A stretch of 56,806 nucleotides of DNA, filler included, from Platydemus manokwari (lineage: Eukaryota): assembly GCA_037951405.1 (NCBI GenBank). It is 5 parts of 5 records of this genome, joined end to end, with 100 filler letters (N's around TTAATTAATTAA, not from the genome) between each part and the next. Parts side by side here need not be neighbours in the genome. Positions count along the whole stretch, not along the records: positions 27,996 to 46,568 come from JBBMOY010355557.1; positions 46,669 to 56,806 come from JBBMOY011164657.1; 3 more parts are not named here. One strand, given 5' to 3'. Below, piece by piece: positions 41,201 through 53,100 of this stretch. The notes beneath the pieces are model-generated. The model made no database searches. It was not told where the DNA came from and saw only the letters and a program-made list of their open reading frames with translations. Each line of letters begins with the position of its first letter. Position 1 is the stretch's first letter. The translations under genes were made by a program, and so were the position numbers.

Positions 41201-43539
41201 GAAAGTCGAGGTCAAATCTGTATGGGCCAGCGGGAAAACCTTTAATCAAACTTCAGAGGCCATAACCCGATATTTAATCCACTTCATTACCTACCACATC
41301 GACGTTACTTTTGTTTTTAATTCGTTGTCTTTCTGAAATATATTCTTCACATCCACCCGACAGTCATAGCAAATCAGTTAGAGATTATTAAATTTTATTG
41401 GGATAAATCATGTGCTTGAATAATCGAGCCATGATTATATCTGGCAGAGAAGTCTGTAAGGAATGAAATGTCTACCAATAAAGAATCTAAAAATTATTTT
41501 AAGTATTTAAATATATGCTGCAATTATTCGATCACGTTGATATCGTGGTTGCTATGGATTTGTGATGCTAGATGAAAGATCGATTAAATATTTTCCTCAT
41601 CAAACAAGCTTGTCTTATTTCTGGTGAGTAGAAGATTAGCTTCCAATGAGCTATGGCTAAAATGTGTTCAAAATATTTATGTAAATTCTATTTCAAAGAT
41701 ATTTTATGCTCTGATAAAAATCATCGACAAACCACCAATAAAAAGTTTGATCGAAATCCCATATTAATCCAATAAAATAATTAATGGAATGCTTTTCATG
41801 GAAAACAATGAAAACCAACTCTCCATCGACTCAAAAACATCTTCAACTTGTCGTTGAAATAAGCATTTTACAAGTAAAAATGTCGGGAATGAAAGTGCTG
41901 CAAAAATCATTCATCAATCCGAGATCATTTATTCTTTTGCACCGATATGAATGTGTTGTCATGAATTTCTCATCCAATCCCAAATAGTTGTTCGTCGCAA
42001 CTGTTTCGATTTCATCACCGGCAATGCATTGGAATATCTCCATTCCCGGTGACAGTAATGAGTTGCCATGCAAATGCCGTTGTGCTTGTTTCCATTGATT
42101 GATGTTCCGATTGGTCTTAATCGTCAACACAGTGCTGCCTGCCTTGATCCCATTAGAATGGATAAGTGCAGTCACTTGTTGCATTAGCTGATGAGATATA
42201 CGAATCACATATTTCCCAATCCATGCTATGTCGGCGCAACTGTTACCCGTTACCAATCGACGGACAGGTTCTGTGATGATCATAATGGAAAGTCGACCAA
42301 CTGTTGTTGGTGTATTGAATATTCAACATTCAGTTTTAATTACTGATAAACTATTGGCCATGTAAATCTCTTTCCAATTCTGGTTGACTTTAATTGTTGA
42401 GGATTACGAAAATAGCGATTCCATGTTATTTTTTTTTCGTTTTCCCAATTGCTGGTGCGTGATAAATATCTGAGATAAAATCGGGTGGTATGTGCCTTTT
42501 AACAAATTAACCAGTTTCATTATTCGATAAAAACGATATTTTTTGTTGTCGACGGAACAAGAAACCAAACCTCGTGTAAAGGAAAATTTTCTGATTCTGA
42601 AAAGTGGTCCTGATTTAATTGATCGAAATGTTATTATTATCGATTTCATTACGAGTGTTTTGTTTGGTCAGATAAATTATAATGAAAACCCATTACAAGT
42701 CGATTGGATATCGATTAATATTTTTCGGTAATTATCAATGTAATTCCAGTTTTTTTTATCCCGAGATAAATAAAGAATATCTATAAAACCTCTGCAAAGG
42801 TCGAGCCCAACATATTTTTAATAAAAGGAGATCAATAATAGTTTTTTTCTTAGGATTCCAATTTGCTATCTTCTTCATTAATCACTGGGCCCATTGGTAA
42901 GCTCGATTCGATTGTAGATTTGTATTTTTTCCTCAGCTCTAAACTCGACCCAAAGTCTTCAATAAAGACGTTTGTTTAATTTGACCTTTTATCAATGACG
43001 TCTTCCTAGAATTGATTTTTGGAAATTTTTATAACAATTTCATAATCATTTGACTCGCGTGATTACGCAATACTGCCTTTTATTTTCGACGAAACACGTA
43101 AACCTCTCGAAAAATCACTTGAAATAATGAATCGGAAAAAATCGTATTGATTAAAAGACAATTCATGCCAGCCAACAAAACTTCTATGATTTACGTTTTT
43201 ATAAATCAAATCTATCGATTTCAGAGCACACGATATTAATCAGCTAGTGTGAGATTAAACAATAAATTAATCTTTTTTTTATCAACATTATTCACGGCGA
43301 ACTTTCCCCTGGCAACTAAAATCTTGAGAGAAAACCCAGTAAGAATTGTATAAGATAATTGATTATCCAATCGATTTTCAGTTGGATCAATCAATAAGTA
43401 ATTACGGTAGTTTTTTCTTTTTATTCGTATTTACAACAGAGTCAGTGTAACTTGAGATGTCGCACAAGATAAAGGTGAGAAGAGACCAAGTTACCAAGGC
43501 TTGTGTGTTACAGATAACGATGACAGCTGACTATTATCT

Positions 43540-43735
43540 GTCTAGCAATAAATCCACGCACACACACACATGGTTACAAAGTGATCGCGCAATCACATAT
43601 TTAGTAAGCACCTGTCCGACCAATCAAACTGCTGAATGGAAACATGTGTGTGTAGGCTCCAATAATAATCTTACATTATGAATTCGGCCAATCAGAATTT
43701 GGTGGATTATTTTTATTAATTATAAATACATACTT
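43540..43735 (+). promoter_or_regulatory. Putative snail proximal promoter
   Basis: Snail-type E-box CACCTG 43609-43614, CCAAT boxes at 43620 and 43688 (GCCAATCAG), and TATAAATA 43721-43728 starting 46 nt before the ATG at 43767. Confidence 0.55.
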
Positions 43736-43766
43736 ATTTTTGGATGATTTTATTCATCAATTAATA

Positions 43767-44731
43767 ATGTTTTTAAATCAACCATACAATTTTCCGTACG
43801 CTCAGGAATCCAGAAAACCAAATCACAACAGTAAGTGAAAATGTTAAATTATTTTTTCGATTATAATCCTTATTTTTGTATAGCAAATCTCTGTTGGTCA
43901 CAAATGTGGAATCCATTAATCTACAAGCTTGCCCAGCAGAAGCAATTGATGCAAGGATTTCTTGAAAACAATATCGATTGTCACAAACTCAGCCAATCAG
44001 TAGAGAACTTCTTGCCACCTACTCCAACATTGCTGGACCAATCGATTGCCTATCCATACATTTGGTTGTCATTCCTCAATTTATGCCAAAAATATGAAAA
44101 TCGTCTGATGGAATCCGTTTCCAATTTCGTCAAGAATGACATCCAAGAAACTCTGCCGCTCAATCTCAGTTCGACCCCGATATCACCGGCATCGTCAAGG
44201 CATTCTTCATCAGCCTATTCAGAATGTTCACATGGTTCGCAAAAAACCAGTCGTCCCAAACCGTTCAGTTGTGGTCAGTGTTCCAAACGCTACTGCAACG
44301 AGGCCGGTTTGAAGAGACATCAAGCACAAAAATGCAACGGGTTACTTAACAGTTCATTTACATCGACCGACACCAGCAATACCAGCTCGGAAATTCGTCA
44401 ATATCAATGTCGACAATGCAATAAAGTTTACTTTTCTTTGAGTGCTCTGAAAATGCATGTGCGAACCCATACGTTACCGTGCAAATGTACAATTTGTGGT
44501 AAAGCATTTTCCAGAATGTGGCTCTTGACCGGTCACATGCGAACTCATACCGGCGAAAAACCATTTTCTTGCAGTGAATGCGATCGAGCATTCGCAGATC
44601 GATCAAATCTCAGAGCACATATGCAAACCCATTCACAAGTGAAACGTTATCAGTGTGAATTGTGTCAGAAAACCTTTTCGAGAATGGGTTTGTTAACGAA
44701 ACATAAATCGTCCTGCATTATGGTTCAGTGA
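43767..44731 (+). CDS. snail: Snail-family C2H2 zinc-finger transcription factor (5 fingers), 2 exons
   Basis: Exon 1 43767-43830 (MFLNQPYNFPYAQESRKPNHN), 53-nt intron GTAAGT..TAG 43831-43883, exon 2 43884-44731 in frame. Fingers ALKMHVRTHTLPCKCTICGKAFSRMWLLTGHMRTHTGEKPFSCSECDRAFADRSNLRAHMQTHS..KTFSRMGLLTKH are the Snail signature. The supplied ORF start (43835) lies inside the intron. Confidence 0.93.
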
Positions 44732-46494
44732 TATATTTTCTGTCATGACCGAACAATCAACGAGTAACTGCCTTTAGATTTATTATTATGCCTTGTAAAT
44801 ACATCCAAATACATTCTTTAGCTATTATTGATTTGACTCCTTCATATTTTTTATTGTCTTATGTCATAGAGATACGAATTAATTCTCCCTCCCTTGAGAC
44901 GGTATTGCGTCAGAAGATTATGTAACGTGATAATTCTTCCGAGAATGATATTATCTGTCAGTTTATTGCTTAATGTGTTTTTTAGTTGCCATAGCGCATG
45001 TTTATTAACCTGATCGACTAAACGTTGAATGATGAATGACATTTTTGTTTTAATAGTTTTATTCTGTTATTGATCGGGTGAAGAAATATATTTTCCAATC
45101 TATATTAGAGTTGTAATATTTTTTTCATTTATTTATCAGCTATATCTGCTTTTTATCTATCGATGCTCTTTTTTTTTTAATACCCATTATTAATATATTA
45201 AGCATATGATAATATCTCTTGAAGGTTGGTTCATCATCACAAATCGACATACATTGGTCACATGTTGAGAATATGGATTTGATTTTGATATCAAGTAATG
45301 AGATATCACTCGGGAATTTTTATATGCTATTTTGGTTAATCGATATTGGTGTTATTAGCAGTGCTAACACGTCTCCAAGACAACAATCGATGATTCAGTT
45401 CATGGAAACATTCTTACAAAATAATTATCACTTAGCTGTATCGACATTTTTTGTTCGCACATCACTTATCGTATTGTATCAATACATTTGCTATCTACTT
45501 ACAAATGGTGTAAGTAGTGAAAGATTTAATTAAAAAAAATGAGAAAGTTCGAATCAAATTGAAAATGATATTAAGATGGGGGAAAAAATCCATCTTTGAT
45601 ACGTAATTGCTTTCTCATTGCAGTCAGACGGGACAAATCGATTGAATGTTCTGCTTAATGTTTTCACCACAGAATACTCGATGCACAATGCACATCAGGA
45701 AGCTGCAAAAAAACCCAGTAATGAAAACAAGCAAAAAACACATTAACCAATGGAGAGAAATGAGTGAAAATGTTGGTTGTCATTGTATTGTGAAAACATC
45801 CGGCGATGAGAGCGATTTAACACGCCGTACCCAAGCAGTGGATGATGCCGATTGCATCAAATATTTTTCGTGAGTATTTTTTTTTCCAATACGAGATTAA
45901 ACTTGGGGGTAGTTGAGGGATAGTGTTCGATGATGATGATGGATTTGTATTTGTTACCATTACCAACAATATTTCAATATTTCGATTTCGATTGACAATA
46001 TATCAGACTCCCCACTGCCTTGTTCCGAATGAAAATGCTGGCCAGTAATGATTATCATCTAGTCTGAATCACATGTTCTGTTTAAAGCTTTTTTTTCCAA
46101 AATATGAAGGTGATGTTGATCTTTCTAACTTGGAGTTCACAAGTTGAATATTTATCGATTGCTGTTGTAGATCTTTGGAAATGTTTTCAAGAATTACCGC
46201 AATGTGGTGATATTTTGAAGAATTGGGTGACTCTATCGCATCATTTAATCATCAATTCTGTTCTTTTATTGTCATATGTCAATGGTATCATTTAACTGCA
46301 ATTTGTCCTTTCCATATATTCTGTAATATATATATTTTAATACAAATGTGTGTTGATAACCTTTGAACCAAATATATTTATCGATCATCAATAGGTTATT
46401 GGAATTTATATGAAAATTTCCGAATTTGCCAGTGGACACAGATAAACAATAGACGAAGTAGAATGAGCAAAAACACTGGAAATTTCACTGGAAA

Positions 46495-46568
<74 letters not shown>
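46495..46568. repeat. (ATT)n microsatellite abutting an assembly spacer
   Basis: About 24 perfect units, read directly. Confidence 0.95.
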
Positions 46569-46668
46569 NNNNNNNNNNNNNNNNNNNNNNNNNNNNNNNN
46601 NNNNNNNNNNNNTTAATTAATTAANNNNNNNNNNNNNNNNNNNNNNNNNNNNNNNNNNNNNNNNNNNN
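46569..46668. other. Artificial contig spacer (44 N + TTAATTAATTAA + 44 N)
   Basis: Same 100-bp structure. Confidence 0.97.
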
Positions 46669-47185
46669 GAAGTTAATTTAATGTTATATATTTTTGTAAA
46701 AATGTGGTGCAATAATTATGAGGATTATAATGAGAATGATTAAGATAATTAAAATTTAATTAAATTATTTTTCAAGTAAACCTTTTACAAAATAAAATAA
46801 GTTAAGACATATACAAAAAAATTAAAAATTGAGAACCTAGACATTGATTTTAATTCTCATAAATCATTGTATCATTGAATAACTTGATTTATTTTTTGAT
46901 TCTTGCAAATTTCTTTCTAAAAAAATCAACACTTTAGAATTAGAAATATATTATTTTTTAGATAATTATTCCCATATGATCAGCATAAAAATTAGTAGAT
47001 TTAAAAATAAGTAAATTTATTGTTTTCAAATATAAAATCTTTTATCTTTTAAGTATAATTAAATAAGAAATTTTAAATCATTAATTGTTTAAATTATTTA
47101 TAATTTTTCTTTTCCTTCGCATTTTTTTAAATTTTATTTGGTGCCCATTTTTTATAGCATAAATATTTAACTAATAAAATATCAA

Positions 47186-50100
47186 ATGGCTGGTAAAACA
47201 GTAAAACAGTTGTATGGTAATGGAACAGGTCAGAGTTTTATGGATCGAGTAAATGCAGCCAAATATAGTGTAACAGGGTCTGGTTTAGCAAAAATTGTCT
47301 GCAAAGCAACCACAGAAGAAATGGCAGCACCAAAGAAAAAGCATTTGGAATGTAATATCCAATTTAAATAACTAAGAATTTTAATTAAGCATTTTGTTTG
47401 GCAGATCTAGTTCAATGCACAAATGAACCAAATGTATCAATACCCGAATTAGCTAATTTGCTAATCGAAAGAACTCAACAATCAAATTGGGTTGTCGTGT
47501 TCAAGTCTTTGATAACTATTCATCATCTTATGAATTATGGAAATGAAGTATCTTTTCCTGAATTCGTTTTTCTTCGTTTAATTAGAATATTATACAGCGA
47601 TTTTCACAATATCTTGCTTCCAACAATAGTCATTTAAGTTTATCTAATTTTACCGATCGAACTGGCATTCAAGGTAGATTTAATTGATATTATTTTATAT
47701 ATTGGATTAAATCATTTCTTCACATATTAATTTACCATAAAAATCAATGAAATAATTAGATTGTAACCAATTAATCACTTTTCATTTTAAAAATTATTGT
47801 TTACATAAAAATCGAAGTAGTAATTTTGTACTTATTATAATTAAATTTAATCATTTTCAATTGTTAATTGATATTTTTGACGGAATATGTTTGTTTCCAC
47901 CCTAATTATGACGCAATTGTATAAACAATGTTATGCCGAGTTTTATATACTAACATTGCAATATACATAGTTATAAAGTTTACCAGTTAATTAATATTAT
48001 TTATAAATGATTGATTTATTTACATTATTTTTTCATTTGAAAATTGATGTTAAATCGAATCAAAATCGATTTTATTGAAACTATTTTAAGGGATTTAAAT
48101 ATATTTCAGTCGAATAAAAGTAGTAAAATCAATTTTATATATCGTTTTTGGCTTGAAATTATTTCTGGTTTATATAAGATGTGAGAACAATTTGGAATAA
48201 TTGAAATGCTTTTAATTTGCTAAACCGCCCCCCCCCTATTCATCTATATAGTAGAGATATACTGTCAAATGCCAAGCATCCTCGATGTGAAAATTAAATC
48301 ATTTAAGCTTTTCCTTTGCAATATGCTTTATGATTTTAATTTCAAAAGAAATTCATTATTTTTCTCTAATTTTTTTTCCTTTTTTAACATCTATATGATT
48401 ATTTGTTTAAATTTCATCTAAGCTTATATAGTCAATGTGTATTCTTTTTGTTTTATGATTAATTGTCCAATTTTCATCTTTTAGATAATTAGGAATTGAA
48501 TTACGTACAATGGCTTGAAACCGTTCTTTTGTTTTTGTTGTATTATAATGTTTTCATTGTTTTCCAAATTTTCAGTCACCGAGAGTTTTTCTATAATATG
48601 GTCATTATAATAGATTGAATGCACATACCTGTTATTGCTTTATTTGTGTAGATTTTATGGTATTATTTTTTGTTTTATTATATTTTGATTTGGTTTCTGT
48701 AAAAAAAAATAATTTTATTGGAGATTCTTATATATAATGTATAATCAACTCAAATAATGATGGAAAATAAAGAAAGAACATTTTTTGGTCGTCCTTGTTT
48801 CATTTTCAAAATTGTTGGACAGCGATTTCTCCGCATCATTGAGTATTGTTTTATTGTCATCGATATTCTCACAATGTTTTGTAGCACATTATATATTGCT
48901 TTGAAGTATTATCGTCGAAAGAATTATATTTTTATAGATGTCATTTTGGAGATTTATATATAGTCTCAAATAACAATGGACAATAAAGAACCTGTATATC
49001 ACAACATTTTTTGGTCGTCCTTTTTTCATTTTCAAAATTGTTGGACAATGATTTCACCGCAACATTGAGTACTGTTATTATTGTCGATATTCTCGCAAAG
49101 TTTGTAAACACGTCATATATTATTTTTAAATATCGAAAGAATTATATTTTTATAGCTGTCAATGGCTAGATAACCGAAAAATAATAAATTGAATGCATAT
49201 CTGTTATTGCTTTATTTGTCTCGATTTTATGGTATTATTGTTGTCAATACTATTTTGATTTTGTTTCGGTGAAAAAAATGAACATTTTTGGAAATTTATA
49301 GACTCAAATAACAACGGAAAATAAAGAACCTGTATACCACAACATTTTTTTCGTCCTTTTTTCATTTTCAAAATTGTTGGACAATAATTTTTCCGCAACA
49401 CTGACTAGAGTTATTATTATCGATATTCATGCAATATTTTTCAACACATTATATATTACATTTCAATATAGAAAGAATTATATTTTTATAGTTGTCAATG
49501 ACATTTTCATATCTTATTTCGATCTTATGAAACATTCCTCCAATTGTTACATCTCATCTAATAAAATCCAACTTTAAGTCAATAAGTAAATTTTACCTTT
49601 AAGATTAGCTTGAAAATAACTCGTTAAACTGTCTTCCAATAAATAACAATCTAATTTAAAGGTACCGTCATAATTATTATAACCAATTATATCTCAACTA
49701 AACAAACCACATCTCATCAGAAACAATCTCAATTAGTTCTCAAACAATCCACATAGATATTTCAATTGGTAGTCAAACACCTGAAGCAATACTGTTTCAA
49801 TTCTAAAAACATAAGGGAATAAAGTTAATTCTTCTAAATGCCTACTCTTATTTTCAAATGAATTTCTTTATTTCCCAAATGATTGTAATAGAATGATAAT
49901 AATATTAATATGTCTGTCGTATGTATATAATGGGATCTAATAATGAACAAATCGTGTGTTTCTTGAATGTTTGATAATTATGCATTGATTGATTTGGAAG
50001 TGTTAAATATCGAAAATATTTATATAATTAAATCAATCATGTATTTTAGCTATCGATATGTCAAAATTTGTGCGCCAATATTCTCGATATGTTGAACAAA

Positions 50101-53100
50101 AAGCACGATCATACCGGGATATGGCATTTGATTTTTGTAAAATTAAAAGAGGGTAGATTTAATAGCGATTAATTGCTTAAATATAACCACTCGTTCACAG
50201 GAAGGAAAATGGGGCGTTAAGGAAAATGTCTGCAGAAAAGGTAATAACATGGATTAATGTAATTTGTATCTGATTTTCTTTCATTGATATTCGATTGCTA
50301 AAATCGAAGTTAATCTGTTATTTTTCAATGCACATTTTTTTGGTTTTTGAAAAGCTAAATGAATTACATAATTACATTCTTTAAATAGAAGTTTTTCGTA
50401 TGAAATTTTATTAATAAATATTTGCCTTATATTCATTATTTTTCTCATCTCAATTAGCTGATGAAGACCATCCCAATACTTGAAGCCCAACTAGACTCAA
50501 TGTTGGATTTTGATGTTAGTATTTTCATCAGATATTTTCGGTCTTCAATAGTGGAAATATTATTATTATTTTCTCTTCAGGCAAATGGCAGTGAAATCAA
50601 TCATGTTATCGTTTTTGCAGCATTTGTCTTATTATATAAAGATGCTATTCGACTATTTGCCACTTATAATGATGGAATGATTAATCTCATTGGTAAATGT
50701 CAATTTTCAATCCATTATATATTTATTAGACAATTTTTTCATTATGATTATTAATATAATATTATCAAATATTGTGTATTGCCTTAGGTTTTTCTAATCT
50801 CAGATTTATAGATTGTGAACTATCGAAAATAAATATTATTTTTATCGAAATTCAAACAAATAAATCATACTGAGATATTAAAATTTTTGAAATATTATTC
50901 CACAATTGAAATTTCCTCATGTTTAATTTAATATTTTTCGATTTTGATAATTATTTTTCGTATTATGGGCGTTGATATAAATATTGTCCTAGAATAACAA
51001 TTATCACCATGTTTTGTTTGTCCCCATTTCGAGTTCGAGTTGCATTCTAATGGAATCTGGAAATTTTGTTGCGTATTTTTTTGTTGTTAACATTTCTGTT
51101 CAAATCAATTCATTTCTCTTTCCATTGGTTTGCAATATTTTATTTGTTTTACATATTTATTCATCTCCGATGAATTCTGCGCTATTAGAGAGATGGGACA
51201 ATCATTCATCTAATACATTCATTTCACAGCGTGGACATTGGGTGTATTGATGTTGATTTTGTTAAACTTTAACTGAAAGAACAATTTGAGAAATTTAAAC
51301 AGCTCAATGCACATAGCATATTGTCTAGATTTATAAATCAGATCTGTCGTCAATGGTGTATATATGTTTATTAAATAATTTATTTTAAGAATTCATTTAA
51401 AATCGATATGATTTTCGCAAAATAATTGAATAAATTTGTGAATATCTGATAATATTGTGTAAAATATTTTTGTTAGAACACTCAAACATCACACCCCCCT
51501 CCACGTTTCATCACAGAATAAAGTAATTGTGAATTGGTATCTTGTTTGCTTTTGCAACAAATATTTGCTAAAGACAATTGTATTCGTTTTGCTATTAATA
51601 TTATCTCAATAAATAATAATTCAAATCTAATAGAAATGTTCGAGTAAAATTGTTATATAATTGATAATATCAATTTGAATAATTATTTGGATACATTTCC
51701 AAATTACAATAAACATTTGGTCTTTGATGAAGCCAAATTTTATCGATAATATCGTATATTCTAATGTAATGATTTGTTTGATTAATTCGACATCATATTT
51801 TATAGTGATTGGTATGTGTGTGTGAACTATATCCTTAATAGAGTTTCATATTATTGCTCGTTGTTATGGAAACGTTGATACGTCGTAGTTTATTGAACAT
51901 TAAATGTAAATAGACTTTCGGACAATCGATAATCTTATATTCATTGGAATTTTCAATTTCTATAGACTTAGTTTGTCATGGTTATCGCTAATTTCTGTAA
52001 ACGATATTATACTTTGAGAAAATGACTTATATCTATCTCTATGTATAAGTATTGTGTTTATAACTACTGAAATTATTGGTAAAAGGTAAATAAAAATTAA
52101 AACATTAATATTTTTTCAAAAACTTCCTTCTAATATCTATAATTCAAAATTAACACCAATGAGGAATTTGAGTTATTTTTGAAAATTATATATGAATTCA
52201 ATGCCCATGTATAACACAATTTACTCGAAAATCCTTGTCGCCAATTTTTCTATTAGATTTTTTTTCAATCAACTTTATTGATAACTCCTTACAGATTATG
52301 GAGATTCTTTCTTAATTTTTAGATAACTAGTTGAAAGACTGATAAATTTCTATATATAATATTTATGTAAATTTTTAAGTCACAGTTAGCTTGGTTGATG
52401 TATTACAGGCGCCAATATTTCGAACCCTATTTCTCTTTGAATATATGGTTATAATATGGTTTATAGTTAATCCATTTAATAACGTTATATAAACAAGCTT
52501 GTCTGTATACTTATATTTAAAAATAGATTTCGGTTTTTTATCAGTTTTATTGATATCGAAATCACAATACTTATTTCTTAATATCCATTCGAGACTTCGC
52601 ATAATTTCCCTGATTCTTATCACTAAATAGAGACTATATTGAATTCTAAAGAAATTATTTATATCCATCTATCGAGTTTCGATATTTTTTCTTATAATTA
52701 TCTAAATAATCTATTTTGAATTCATTAATATTTGAAGTTTCATGATTTTTCAGAAAACTATCAATTAAATTCAGCACCCCTTTTATAATAACCACTCACC
52801 ATTAATATTTGATCTTAATTAAGCATTTTAATCAATGCTGCTTCTTTACAATTAATTTCTGATTATTTTGATACATTTAATTTTGGTTATTATAAAATTC
52901 TATCAGATACCAATGAATAATTATTGATTTGTAGTCAAATGATACCAGATTTTTGGCGGTTTCTTTATAAAATCGGAATATTTTTATCTTTTTCCCCTCA
53001 TGCCTAACCATTACTTCATGTTAACTGATAAAGAATATAGTTAATCATAATATCAAATCAAACACTTCAATATTTCAGTACACATATGTTAAAATTTATT

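Noticed and set aside
44358-44606. Antisense ORF within snail
   Set aside because: Shadow of the zinc-finger coding sequence.
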